From Candidatus Saccharimonadota bacterium (GTDB lineage Bacteria > Patescibacteriota > Saccharimonadia > Saccharimonadales > Saccharimonadaceae), in contig JAQGHC010000015.1 in assembly GCA_028289015.1 (NCBI GenBank), forward strand, positions 9,210 through 73,209: a DNA stretch of 64,000 nucleotides, given 5' to 3'. Shown in pieces: positions 27,030 through 37,165 of this stretch. How positions within the stretch are numbered: position 1 is the stretch's first letter; each line of letters begins with the position of its first letter. The notes under the pieces were generated by a model. That model was not told the DNA's origin, searched no databases, and was given only the letters and a program-made list of their open reading frames with translations. A program made the translations under genes and the position numbers.

Positions 27030-29963
27030 TTAACGGATGCGCAGAATTGTTTCGTCGGTGGTTTTTTGCGCAGGCTCTGGGGTTGGAGGTGTGTGGTTGC
27101 GCTGCGAATCGTTAATAACGGGGAGTTCGCTACCCTGCTGTGTCGTCTGCGGGCGCGGGCGTGGAGCGCGAGTTCTATCACTTCTGTCGCCGTGGTCTGT
27201 CGCCGTGCGCTCACCGCCTTCTTGATTAGCCGCCGCTGGTTTACGTCTGCGAGTGCGTGTTCGCTTTCGTTTTTCGGGTACTACGACGCCATCTTCAGTA
27301 CTTCCTTGTTGTGTCGGAGCTGACGCAGGCATGGTATTATCAGTATCATCTAGTTGTGTCGCAGGATTGGCCTTAGTGATGCTCGGCGCATTACTTGTAG
27401 GCGGCTTTGCTGTCGGGGTGGGGCGGGTACTGCTAGCTGTCTTAAATACTATTTTATTCGGCGTGACTGTCTGCGTCTGTGTGTTAATTGGCCACTGCTT
27501 CGCCTGGGCTGCGGATTGAGGGCCCCGTTTGCTTTGTAGGTTTTGCGGCGGCTGAATAGCTTCTGCAATTTCTTGTTCGACATCTGCCCTGCTGCGGCTG
27601 TAGTTGCGACGTGTATTCTCGATGATCGTCGCGCTATTGTCGGTTTGCGGCGGAGGCAGCGTCAGCGTAGAGGCGCTAAAAGCTGGTGACTTTTCACCCC
27701 TAATAACCATATTAATGATAAAGTTTCGATTGTGCATTTGTAGCAGGTCGTTGGGTTCAAACTGAGGCTCGAACTGCTTTGATAAGATGGGGGCATCGTC
27801 CGCTGAGACGCGGAAGCAAATCATCGTACCTACGTTACCGAATACGGCATCGCGCACCGTTTCGCTCATTTGTGAAATGTACTGGTTTGCAACGGTTAGG
27901 TTAAGGCCGTATTTACGAGCCTCGGATAGAATAGTTGCGAAGCTGTCGGTCGCAAAGTTTTGAAATTCGTCTACGTAAAGATAGAACGGCCGTCGATCTT
28001 CGATTTTCGGAATATCCGATCGCGACATAGCTGCAAGCTGGATCTTGGTCACTAAAAAGGCGCCAAGGATAGAAGCATTATCTTCACCTACAAGGCCCTT
28101 TGAAAGATTGACGATAAGAATCTTACCTTCATCCATAATTTCACGAATATTAAACGTACTTTTAGGTTGCCCAATGATATTACGAATCACAGGGTTGGCA
28201 GTAAATGCACCTACCTTGTTTAGTACAGGTGCGATCGCTTCAGCGACAAACTTATCATTCCAGCTTGCAAATTCAACGCGCCAGAATTGCATGACAACCG
28301 TGTCTTTACAGTAAGTCAGCGTATCTTCACGGAACTTTTTATCGGTTAGCATGCGGGTAATATCGAGCATCGTCGTCTCGGGTCGATCAAGCAGCGCAAG
28401 AATGGTGTAACGAAGGATATATTCAAGGCGTGGCCCCCATGATTCGCCAAACATACGCTTTAATACGCCGATAACTTCAGAGCTAATATTGGTTTTTTGG
28501 GCTGGGTTGGTTACTTCTAGCGGGTTAAATCCTAGTGGGAATGCCGTGTCAGCCGGATTGAAGTAGACAACATCTTTCATGCGTGACTCTGGGATGAAAC
28601 GCATATTGTCAACGGCAAAGTCGCCGTGCGGATCGATGATCGCATAGCCTTGGCCATGGAATATGTCAGAAAGTGCGAATAGCTCCAGTGTACCTGATTT
28701 ACCGGCACCAGTTTGTCCGATGATATAGACATGACGGCTGCGGTCGGATCGCAACATGCCAAATTGATGTTTCATGCCGCGGAAGTTCGTTAATCCGAAC
28801 GCACTGATGTTTTCGTCGATTGCTTCATTGCCCGTGACGACAGGTAATTTCGCTGGCGGTTCGGCGGTTTTATTGCTAGCCCAAACGATATTCGGTGTTT
28901 CTACGTTGGTATGAGGCAAGTGAAAGACACTGGCGACCTCTTCGATGTTTAAAATAAAGCCACGATCAATAAACAACCTGTTGCGGTAGTTTGCCAGATC
29001 TTCTTTTTTAAAGCTGCCGCCATTCATACGAAAGCCATTTAGGTTAGTGCTGTTAAATTGCTTGAAGGTTCCTACGATAGCCTGCATGCGTAGTTTTGCG
29101 TTCGTTTCGCTTTCGCCAAGATAAGCCATACGGATTTTGACTTGGTAGCCAAGTTTGGTCGCTTTCTTTTCCGCTTCGGCAAGACGAGTTTTATCCCGTT
29201 CGGAAAGCTCTTTCGGCGCTGTTGCACCGCCTGTTCCCTGCTCTGGTGGTTTCCACAGCGCTTCTAGCAACGTGCCCACCCATTTAAAGTTCAGCCCTTC
29301 GCCCGATAAAAAGCCGAACGGATTACCGTTTTTGACACTTTTTATCCAACTGTCAGATTGTTTTTGCCATGAATCGGCAATAGGGCGAGTTAATACCTGC
29401 ACCCATAACTCTTCCCCTGTTGATTCAAGCTTGGCGAGCGTGCCAGTGATGCCAGCCAAAGGGTCAACTTCAAAACTTTGAAACGTTTTGATCGGCAAAA
29501 ATTCACTGTCAGATAGTGTGATTTCAGAGGTATAAACAACACTATGCTGGCGTTCGTGGGCAACATAATCTTCGGGTGCCTCGTGAATTTGGACAGTTGG
29601 ATACTGCGAATAAATTTGCCCCTCGACAAAACTTTGCAATGTTTTCGGAACCCAGGCGTAAAAGCGGATTTGTCCGTTGACGGATGCAATTTCGAAGCTA
29701 AGGTGTTCTTGAATGCCGTTGGTTTGCTTCAGCTCTTCCCTGTCGCGTAAAATACCATGCAAGCTGGCAAAAAGCTGTTCGGCGGCAAGTTCTGACTTGT
29801 CGTTTGCCTTTGGGATTTCTAATGCAAGTAGGACGCTCTCAATAGATTTAACCGATTCGGTAATCTGATTATTTTTCCACGTAAGGTACGCTAAGATAAG
29901 TACACCCGGCAGCCAAATGTACCATTGAAATAACAGACTTATAACCCAAAAGAAGACATCCAT
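27030..29963 (-). CDS. VirD4/TraG/HerA-like P-loop ATPase (type IV coupling protein-like)
   Basis: DRSRHVYIIGQTGAGKS, IIDPHGD, FNPLE, LYVDEFQNF, SEARKYGLNLTVANQYISQ, GNVGT; disordered C-tail. Confidence 0.9.
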   Translation of the reverse strand: MDVFFWVISLLFQWYIWLPGVLILAYLTWKNNQITESVKSIESVLLALEIPKANDKSELAAEQLFASLHGILRDREELKQTNGIQEHLSFEIASVNGQIRFYAWVPKTLQSFVEGQIYSQYPTVQIHEAPEDYVAHERQHSVVYTSEITLSDSEFLPIKTFQSFEVDPLAGITGTLAKLESTGEELWVQVLTRPIADSWQKQSDSWIKSVKNGNPFGFLSGEGLNFKWVGTLLEALWKPPEQGTGGATAPKELSERDKTRLAEAEKKATKLGYQVKIRMAYLGESETNAKLRMQAIVGTFKQFNSTNLNGFRMNGGSFKKEDLANYRNRLFIDRGFILNIEEVASVFHLPHTNVETPNIVWASNKTAEPPAKLPVVTGNEAIDENISAFGLTNFRGMKHQFGMLRSDRSRHVYIIGQTGAGKSGTLELFALSDIFHGQGYAIIDPHGDFAVDNMRFIPESRMKDVVYFNPADTAFPLGFNPLEVTNPAQKTNISSEVIGVLKRMFGESWGPRLEYILRYTILALLDRPETTMLDITRMLTDKKFREDTLTYCKDTVVMQFWRVEFASWNDKFVAEAIAPVLNKVGAFTANPVIRNIIGQPKSTFNIREIMDEGKILIVNLSKGLVGEDNASILGAFLVTKIQLAAMSRSDIPKIEDRRPFYLYVDEFQNFATDSFATILSEARKYGLNLTVANQYISQMSETVRDAVFGNVGTMICFRVSADDAPILSKQFEPQFEPNDLLQMHNRNFIINMVIRGEKSPAFSASTLTLPPPQTDNSATIIENTRRNYSRSRADVEQEIAEAIQPPQNLQSKRGPQSAAQAKQWPINTQTQTVTPNKIVFKTASSTRPTPTAKPPTSNAPSITKANPATQLDDTDNTMPASAPTQQGSTEDGVVVPEKRKRTRTRRRKPAAANQEGGERTATDHGDRSDRTRAPRPRPQTTQQGSELPVINDSQRNHTPPTPEPAQKTTDETILRIR

Positions 29964-30009
29964 AACTACTGTTTATTGTCTCATCTGCACGCCCTCATTG
30001 CAAGGGTGG

Positions 30010-31065
30010 CTATTTAGTGACGACGTCCAATGCGTAGGTGGCCTTGGCGACGCGCTTAAACTGAGGTTTGCTTTGAAGATTCAATAGAATAGTCGTTTCT
30101 TTTACTTGGCGGCTTTTTAAAACTCGCTTAACGATTTCGTCACGATGAAGCGGCTCGCTGGCATCTTTTAATACGCCAGTAATGATGTCGGCGACCGTTC
30201 CCTTGCTGAACCCCCAGTTGTCAAGTGCATAAATGCCGCGACCGATAAGAACAAAGCGTTTGTCTTTGATGAGTTCGTTGTGAATCGCCTGCGTCGTAAC
30301 GTCTTTTCGCTTGAAGTCGCTGTCTTTGATTGATTTAGCGATGTCTGAAAAGTGCATAGGCTTGCCATTTTCAGCGAGTATAACATAAATTTTATCACGA
30401 ATATTCTTTGGATTAACTGTCGGCCATTTCGTAAGTCCCCAGAAATCCTTTAGATGCGCAAGATTCTTACTGACACTGGCAAGAGCGCGGACTTGATCTG
30501 GATTTTCATGCTTCAGCAACTTGTGAAGTTCTTCAATTTGCAGTGGTTCGCCGTGTTTTTTGACTGTTTTGACGATTTCGTCAACATTCGCCTTGATGGT
30601 TTTTTCATCGCTATATTGCTTGATGCCAACAGCGTGATGGTAACTGTCATTTTCACCGACAACGACGAGGTTGGGAGATAACTCTGCGATAAATGCGATG
30701 TGTGCACGACTACGTGCATCTGTTTTGCCACCCATCAAGCGATCGGTAATGTCTTGGATTCGAGCAACGCGGCCAGTCTCTGAAAGATCACGAATAATCA
30801 TGCGTTCGACGTCATTGATTGCAGGAACCTTGTTGTCCTCAGCGGCGATTTTAAGGCGGATAAGGATAGCTTTTTCTAATTGACGCACTCGTTCACGGGT
30901 AATTCCGAGCAATTCACCGATTTGTTCGAGTGTTTCGCGGCGATCAAAAAGGCCAAAGCGTCGTGTAATAATTTCACGTTCACGTTCTTGGTCGATAATC
31001 TCAAGAATATCGACGACAGCCTGCTTTAGGGTTGCGGTCGTATTTGTTTGTGTGGGTTTATCCAT
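30010..31065 (-). CDS. Sigma-70 region 4-like HTH plus winged-HTH (HARE-HTH-like) protein
   Basis: REREIITRRFGL...TLEQIGELLGITRERVRQLE; later GKPMHFSDI...QAIHNELIKDKRFVLIGRGIYAL. Confidence 0.85.
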   Translation of the reverse strand: MDKPTQTNTTATLKQAVVDILEIIDQEREREIITRRFGLFDRRETLEQIGELLGITRERVRQLEKAILIRLKIAAEDNKVPAINDVERMIIRDLSETGRVARIQDITDRLMGGKTDARSRAHIAFIAELSPNLVVVGENDSYHHAVGIKQYSDEKTIKANVDEIVKTVKKHGEPLQIEELHKLLKHENPDQVRALASVSKNLAHLKDFWGLTKWPTVNPKNIRDKIYVILAENGKPMHFSDIAKSIKDSDFKRKDVTTQAIHNELIKDKRFVLIGRGIYALDNWGFSKGTVADIITGVLKDASEPLHRDEIVKRVLKSRQVKETTILLNLQSKPQFKRVAKATYALDVVTK

Positions 31066-31362
31066 GGCGTTTTGGTGTATCCTCTCTATTAATTTTCATT
31101 ATGTATATCAAATGTCATGTATTTATTATTCAAATTATAGAACAATATTCTAATAATGTCAAATACTTTATCTATATAACTAATTATAGCATGAAGTAGA
31201 CGTGCTTAGTAAAGAGTGTCATGAGACTTTCATAATACTTATGATATGTCATCGCTAAACCTAGAGTATCGCGTGTGTCAATAATGTAGTTGCATTTAAT
31301 ATAGAGTTTCCAATCAGTAAGACGTGCATTAAAGTAACCTCGTAGAAAAATATATGCAAATA

Positions 31363-31393
31363 AAATACGCCCTTTAGTATAAAGGGCGTATTT
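31363..31393 (-). terminator. Intrinsic terminator of topA
   Basis: AAATACGCCCTTTA-gta-TAAAGGGCGTATTT. Confidence 0.85.
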
Positions 31394-31405
31394 GTACGTT
31401 ATCGG

Positions 31406-33754
31406 TTATTTCTTTGTCTTGCGGGTGGTTTTTTTGGCTGGAGTTTTTTTAGTGGCTGTTTTTCGGGCGAAGCGTCCTTTGGCTGGTACAGCGCTGGCCA
31501 AAAGCTCTTTTGCCTGCTCGTGCGTAATCTCGGCGGGTTCAGTGTCTTTAGGGATTTTGGCATTCTTTTTACCGTCAGTAATGTAGGGGCCGTAGCGACC
31601 CTTCAGTACTTTGATACCATCACCAAAATCAGCAATATTCTTTTCTGCTTCTGTTTTTAGCTTTTCTTTGTAGAGGTCGAGTGCTTCTTCCAATGTAATC
31701 GTGTGTGGATCGAGTGGTTTAATACTAACGAAAAGCTTGCCGATTTGAACATAAGGCCCAAAGCGTCCGATATTTGCTTTAATATCGTCACCGTCGGTAG
31801 TAGTGCCAAGAACGCGCGGCAGCTTGAACATATGGAGTGCTTCTTCAAGCGTCACGTTTTCGATCTTTTTGCCGGCAGGAAGTGGCGCAAACAGCACCTT
31901 CTCTTCCTTGTCTTCGCCACTGCCTAGTTGCAACATTGGACCGTAGCGGCCAAATCGAGCAAGGACGGGCTTGTTTGTTTTAGGATCGATGCCAATTTCG
32001 CGGGCCTGGGCGACTGTCGAGCGGTCGATGCCGCCCGATTCAGTAATTAATTGGTGGAACGGCTTATAAAAGTCTTCCAACATTGCGTTACGTTCTAACT
32101 TTCCATTCGCGATCTCGTCAAATTCCTCTTCCACCTTAGCCGTAAAGCCATAGTCGACGATTTGGTCAAAGTGGTTGGTAAGGAAATCACTAACGACCTG
32201 TCCGGCAGGAGTTGGAACTAGCTTTCCTCTGTCGGCGCCAGTCTTTTCTTGGACGACTTCACGATTAACTTCGTTATTCTTTAATGTGTAGACGATGATA
32301 TCACGAGGTGTTCCTTCGCCCTCGCCTTTCTCGGCGTAGCCACGAACCTGAACAGTGTTAATGATAGTGGCATAGGTTGATGGGCGGCCAATGCCTAGAT
32401 CTTCTAGTTTTTTAACAAGTGCACCTTCGCTGTAGCGAGCCGGTGGCCGTGCGAATAATTGCTTGGCTGTAGCATTTTGAAGGTTCAATAAATCACCGCT
32501 CGTGACAGCCGGCAAAATGTCCGCATCCTTCTTGCTGCCACCGTAGACACGAAGGAAGCCGTCAAAGATAATAACCTCGCCTTTGGCTTCAAAGACTTCT
32601 TGCGCAGTTGAAATAGCAATCGTCACGACGGTCTTTTCAAGCTTTGCCGGTGCCATCTGGCTGGCAAGTGTACGGTTGCGGATTAATGTGTATAGTTTTT
32701 GGTCGTATTCGTTGCTGCTGCCGCGCTCTTGGGCCATATCTGTTGGTCGAATGGCTTCATGAGCTTCTTGTGCACCGGCAGCTTTAGTCTTGAAGGTTCG
32801 GACCTGGCTGTACTCTTCGCCAAACGCACTCTTAATATAACTAGCAGCTGCGGCAATCGCTTCGCCGCCAAGATTGACTGAATCAGTACGCATGTAGGTA
32901 ATCTTACCCTCTTGATATAGCTTTTGCGCGCTGGACATTGTCGCTTTCGCGCCAAAGCCAAGGCGGCTGTTGGCATCTTGCTGCATAGTACTCGTCGTAA
33001 ATGGCGCGCTAGGGTTACGAGTACTTGGGCTGGTAGTGATATTAGAAACACTAAAGTTCGCACCTACTAATGATTCCAGGAACGCCCGGGCTTCTGACTC
33101 GGTGGCAAATCGTTTCGCTAATTCCGCTTTCATTAGTTGGCCATCATGCATAAATTCAGCGGTGACCTTAAATGTAAAGGATCCTTCAAAGCTGTCAATT
33201 TCGCGTTCACGCTCGACAAGCAATCGAACAGCTGGCGACTGAACGCGGCCGGCTGATTTGCCGCCAGGAACTTTTTTCCAGACAACTGGTGATAGTTCAA
33301 AGCCAACCAAGCGGTCGAGGATTTGGCGGGCTTGTTGCGCCTGTACCAGGCTCATATCGACGGTCCGTGGGTGCTTGACAGCCTCTTCGATGGCTTTCTT
33401 CGTGATTTCATGAAACACAATACGTTTGGTCGTTTTAGGATCGAGTTTTAGGACCTCGCAAAGATGCCAGGCAATTGCCTCCCCTTCGCGGTCTTCATCT
33501 GTTGCAAGCCAAACGGTTTCAGCAACCTTAACGGCCTTTCGCAGTTCTGCGACGGTTTTCTTTTTTTCTGAGTCGATCTCGTATGTCGTCTCAAAGCCCT
33601 TATCTACTTGGATAGGTTCTGTACCGCCTTTTACTTTCTTTGCAATGCTGCGAATATGCCCAACGCTTGAAAGGACATGAAAATCCTTCCCGAGATATTT
33701 CTCGATAGTTTTAGCTTTTGCTGGTGACTCGACGATAACTAGATTCTTGCTCAT
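31406..33754 (-). CDS. topA: DNA topoisomerase I
   Basis: LVIVESPAKAKTI, ATDEDREGEAIAWH, SAGRVQS, ITYMRTDS, AQEAHEAIRPT, GRFGPY C-terminal repeats and Lys-rich tail. Confidence 0.98.
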   Translation of the reverse strand: MSKNLVIVESPAKAKTIEKYLGKDFHVLSSVGHIRSIAKKVKGGTEPIQVDKGFETTYEIDSEKKKTVAELRKAVKVAETVWLATDEDREGEAIAWHLCEVLKLDPKTTKRIVFHEITKKAIEEAVKHPRTVDMSLVQAQQARQILDRLVGFELSPVVWKKVPGGKSAGRVQSPAVRLLVEREREIDSFEGSFTFKVTAEFMHDGQLMKAELAKRFATESEARAFLESLVGANFSVSNITTSPSTRNPSAPFTTSTMQQDANSRLGFGAKATMSSAQKLYQEGKITYMRTDSVNLGGEAIAAAASYIKSAFGEEYSQVRTFKTKAAGAQEAHEAIRPTDMAQERGSSNEYDQKLYTLIRNRTLASQMAPAKLEKTVVTIAISTAQEVFEAKGEVIIFDGFLRVYGGSKKDADILPAVTSGDLLNLQNATAKQLFARPPARYSEGALVKKLEDLGIGRPSTYATIINTVQVRGYAEKGEGEGTPRDIIVYTLKNNEVNREVVQEKTGADRGKLVPTPAGQVVSDFLTNHFDQIVDYGFTAKVEEEFDEIANGKLERNAMLEDFYKPFHQLITESGGIDRSTVAQAREIGIDPKTNKPVLARFGRYGPMLQLGSGEDKEEKVLFAPLPAGKKIENVTLEEALHMFKLPRVLGTTTDGDDIKANIGRFGPYVQIGKLFVSIKPLDPHTITLEEALDLYKEKLKTEAEKNIADFGDGIKVLKGRYGPYITDGKKNAKIPKDTEPAEITHEQAKELLASAVPAKGRFARKTATKKTPAKKTTRKTKK

Positions 33755-34172
33755 ATAATAATATCCTTGTGCTTTCTTATTCGTGCACAATGCTTAATTC
33801 TACGCATGTTTACGTTTTTTGCAAGAGTAAACATCATGACGAGCTAGGGAGCGGCATATTGCAGGTCCATCGCCCCCGGGTTTAATTATTATCACCGCTA
33901 ATCGATGTGCAAATGTTGCCGCCTGTCGTAATTAAGACTGTCGCGGCCATCGTCCTTGCGCCACTAAACTTAGAGGGGGTATGGGAGAGTGTTTGATCCA
34001 ACGGGACGCCGATGTCAGGAATAAATAGACTCGAGAGCGGCAGGGATATAATTATCAAAACTACCGTCACCGCAGTATATAAATGTTTTTTCGTTTGCTA
34101 ACCCGCGGGTGCTTTCGTATAATTTTGCACTTTTAAAGACGTTCGCCGGATCAATCATAGCGTATGTCGTAT

Positions 34173-34365
34173 CTACAACGATTGAGGGTGAAATCCGTTG
34201 TCAATTTTATAAAGTTCTAATCGCTTTGAAAGATTAGCCGCATTAGATTGCGCAGAAACGATTATTCCTCGTTGCCGAACGCCATTAAATGAGACGACGG
34301 TAATAGTCGCTAGTTTGCCAATGATTATTATTAGTAGCTCGACTATAGAAAATCTGTCTAAGCAT
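34173..34365 (-). pseudogene. Decayed type IV pilin gene
   Basis: RFSIVELLIIIIGKLATITVVSFNGVRQRG...SKRLELYKIDNGFHPQSL* is out of frame with the ATG at 34365 and stops early at 34173. Confidence 0.8.
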
Positions 34366-34560
34366 TTCTTTGTCCTTCAATGCTGAAGGAGTGACAGGTG
34401 ATAAACAAGGTTAAGATAGCTAATGAATCGGAAGTGATTTAGGCTGAATACTATTCACTCGAGGATCATATCGCAGCCACAAACGTCAAACGCGTTAAAA
34501 TCTGTGGTTGCGAGAGGCAGAGGAGAATAACGTCCCTCTCGCAGTAGGTACTATTTAATT

Positions 34561-34875
34561 CTAGGGCATCATGAGGCGCGTAGCCGAGTCTTCTACTTGC
34601 TGAAATTGGTTGTCGCGTAAAAGCTGGGTGATGTTATCGGATGTAAGCCAAGCCGCGGCTTGTATGGGCCCTTCGCCCTGGAGTATCCGGTTAAACTGCG
34701 CATAGACAACTTCCAGGCGCGACACTTGCTCGTCGGACGGTATTTCATTGCTGACCCTGTCCAGCCAGGCTATAAGTGTGCGTGGGCTTTTTGCGTTCAG
34801 AAAAAGGGCAACTTTTTCAGCGCTAAAATAGTACATCAGCTGTCGGAGTTGATCGCAATCGATCGTTTTGGTCAT
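34561..34875 (-). CDS. Xre/MbcA-like antitoxin-type HTH protein (orphan)
   Basis: KVALFLNAKSPRTLIAW...P..EQVSRLEVVY...EGPIQAAAWL...LLRD pattern; AGAGGA RBS before ATG 34875. Confidence 0.55.
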   Translation of the reverse strand: MTKTIDCDQLRQLMYYFSAEKVALFLNAKSPRTLIAWLDRVSNEIPSDEQVSRLEVVYAQFNRILQGEGPIQAAAWLTSDNITQLLRDNQFQQVEDSATRLMMP

Positions 34876-35001
34876 TTTTATTCCTCTGTCTCTAGTGTCG
34901 TGAAAGATTTTTTCGCGACGATGAAAAGAACAAATCAAGCTGGGGTAAACCCGGCTATTATAAAATATATTATGATAATTAAAATTCAATATGTCAATCG
35001 T

Positions 35002-35859
35002 TTATCGTAACGTCCACTGATTGCCGCCCAGTCCGCGTATTGTACCGTTTATCTCCATCATGGTCAGCGCCTGGTTAAACTCGGCGATAGTAACGAGAGA
35101 TTGGCGTTGCAATTCGTCACCATCCCGAGTGCCTGATTGCAGTAAGGTAATGATTGTTGATTCTAATGGCGTGCTGCCCAGTGGTAAGAATGATTGAGAT
35201 TCTATGAGATTGGGAGCAATAACCTCAAGCACATCTTCGGCGCAGGTAACTATGCGTGCGCCCTGTTTTAATAACGCATTACAGCCAGCGGATAGCGGGC
35301 TGGTAATGTTGCCTGGTACGACGAACACTTCTTTCCCCTGTTCCAGTGCGTGCGCCACAGTTGCGAGCGTGCCACTGCGTGCAGCGGCTTCGATAACGAT
35401 AGTGGCATCAGATAAGCCGCTGACAATACGGTTACGGGCTAAAAACTGATAATCCCGAGCGTCTGTGGGTGGTTCATATTCACTAAGGATTGCCCCGCCG
35501 CTTGCGATGATTTTATCTGCTAAGTCTTTGTTTGTTCGCGGATACACCTTATCGACACTATTAGCGAGGACGGCAATGGTTATCCCGCTAGCTTCTAGGG
35601 CTGCTTTATGGGCGATAGTATCGATACCAAGTGCTAGCCCGCTGACGATAACAACACCTTTCTTCGCAAGGTCATAAGACAGAGCGTGCGCCACTTCTCT
35701 GCCGTATGTGGTCGGTTTGCGTGTGCCGACGATCGCTACCGTTGCGATGCGCTTTTCTGGCAACACGCCAGTGAAATAAACATACTTAGGAACCTTTGCT
35801 ATATTTGTCAAAGTTTCTAAATAGTTATGCTTATCTGGGGTCGCTCTATTGATTTTCAT
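35002..35859 (-). CDS. dprA: DNA-processing protein DprA
   Basis: VAIVGTRKPTTYG, IVSGLALGIDTIAH, FLARNRIVSGLS, VIEAAARSGTL, VPGNITSPLSAGCNALLKQGA; near topA. Confidence 0.96.
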   Translation of the reverse strand: MKINRATPDKHNYLETLTNIAKVPKYVYFTGVLPEKRIATVAIVGTRKPTTYGREVAHALSYDLAKKGVVIVSGLALGIDTIAHKAALEASGITIAVLANSVDKVYPRTNKDLADKIIASGGAILSEYEPPTDARDYQFLARNRIVSGLSDATIVIEAAARSGTLATVAHALEQGKEVFVVPGNITSPLSAGCNALLKQGARIVTCAEDVLEVIAPNLIESQSFLPLGSTPLESTIITLLQSGTRDGDELQRQSLVTIAEFNQALTMMEINGTIRGLGGNQWTLR

Positions 35860-35880
35860 AGTAAAATGTTTCGAAAAGTA

Positions 35881-35909
35881 TTGACTTAATGTCAAATACG
35901 TGCTAATAT
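35881..35909 (+). promoter_or_regulatory. Sigma-70 promoter divergent from dprA
   Basis: TTGACT-17 bp-TAATAT with TG extended -10. Confidence 0.65.
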
Positions 35910-35914
35910 GAGAC

Positions 35915-36162
35915 ATGATTGGTTGCATCTGCGAGATTAACCAAACGCACCTTATACCCCCTATTCTAACTTATGTTAGGTTGTGTGCAATGTGTTTATC
36001 TAGTAACTACCCTCCACTAGTGGACAAATAGCATTGTACACATACTAATCCCTTTAACCGGCGGACCTCCATATTTGTGAGGTGGGTCACGCTATGCCCT
36101 ACGGGTGGGTTAAAGGGCCAAAATGGCGCCAGGTGATGCCCACCCTTACCTGGCGCCTTTTT
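35915..36162 (+). ncRNA. Candidate ~250-nt multi-hairpin small RNA
   Basis: Promoter upstream; stems TTGGTT/AACCAA, 35982-35992/36032-36042, 36050-36059/36108-36117; terminator GGCGCCAGGT/ACCTGGCGCC+T5; only very short ORFs on +. Confidence 0.55.
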
Positions 36163-36187
36163 GGTTGGAAAGATAATTATAAAGTAG

Positions 36188-36221
36188 AAAGCCCGCCGCA
36201 AATGAATGCGGCGGGCTTTTT
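36188..36221. terminator. Bidirectional-type terminator
   Basis: AAAGCCCGCCGCA-aatgaa-TGCGGCGGGCTTTTT. Confidence 0.8.
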
Positions 36222-36763
36222 GGAGCGGATGGCGTGCTCTAGGTTGCGCCAATGAGCTGACGAGGGCCGGCGGATATCAGTTCGCCGTCAGCGGCCGGGA
36301 TAGTTTCATTAACGATCAGCTTAGACGATGATAATATCGCGCGATGCGAGTTGATTTGTAGTAAATCGCCAGTTTCACTTACGCGGTACTTGCATCCCGG
36401 AATGTTCTATTGACGTACTCGCTGCTGATGTAGAGATGTGACTCTGTTGGATGCTGGCTGCTTGCTGTTGCGTATTCGTTCAGCTGCGCGGCACAAATTC
36501 GATACTTAGGATATAGACGGAAATGGGCGCATCTGACACTTTGCTGGACTGCTTACTCGCGACTGCCTCTCTAGATTTTTAAAGCTCCCTTTTGGAGTTT
36601 ACTTGGTGGTGTTCGACAAAATCATTGATATCTAAACGTATTTGTACGATTAACGCAAGAAAGGGTCATTGGGAGAGTGGCCTAATGAGTAACGATATGA
36701 ACAAGCCCACCTCTTAATGAAAAGAGATGGGCTATATGTTCGCGAATAGGTTGGTTACCGAGG

Positions 36764-37165
36764 CTACTTGCCCGATATTTCTTCCTGCCAAGCCAAGCCG
36801 TGTCGCATCAGATGCCTATATTCTTCCGAAGTGAGTGTGTTGAAGTCGACGCGTCGAAACGGGCGATACTGCTTGCGGGCGGTGAGGATGCTGCCGTCCA
36901 TAAGCAGAGCGATAAGGTCATTTTCGGAGCGCAGAAGTGCCAATACTCGGCGGTTTTCTACGATGGTTTTTCTGCTATCCCAAAATCTCGCCAACTTGCC
37001 GAGCCACTTGATCTTCTCGGAGGGAACGGTCTCGCTGACTACCACTTCAAGCATGATCGGTTTTTGACCGTACATCTTGAGTGGACGCTTGCGTCCCATC
37101 GTATCTTTGATGTCGAGATAGAGCTGCTTCAAATTTTCTTTATGCTCTTTGGAAACACGTGCCAT
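36764..37165 (-). CDS. Hypothetical basic protein (ORFan cassette)
   Basis: 133 aa from ATG 37165; hairpin AGCCCA..CTCTT/AAGAG..TGGGCT at 36704-36733 downstream. Confidence 0.65.
   Translation of the reverse strand: MARVSKEHKENLKQLYLDIKDTMGRKRPLKMYGQKPIMLEVVVSETVPSEKIKWLGKLARFWDSRKTIVENRRVLALLRSENDLIALLMDGSILTARKQYRPFRRVDFNTLTSEEYRHLMRHGLAWQEEISGK

Noticed and set aside
35860..35928. Longer DprA start
   Set aside because: The extension runs through the divergent promoter region; MKIN at 35859 is a more typical start.
36007..36252. 81-aa ORF on the - strand
   Set aside because: It crosses two terminator hairpins, has no clear RBS and looks like translation of structured non-coding DNA.
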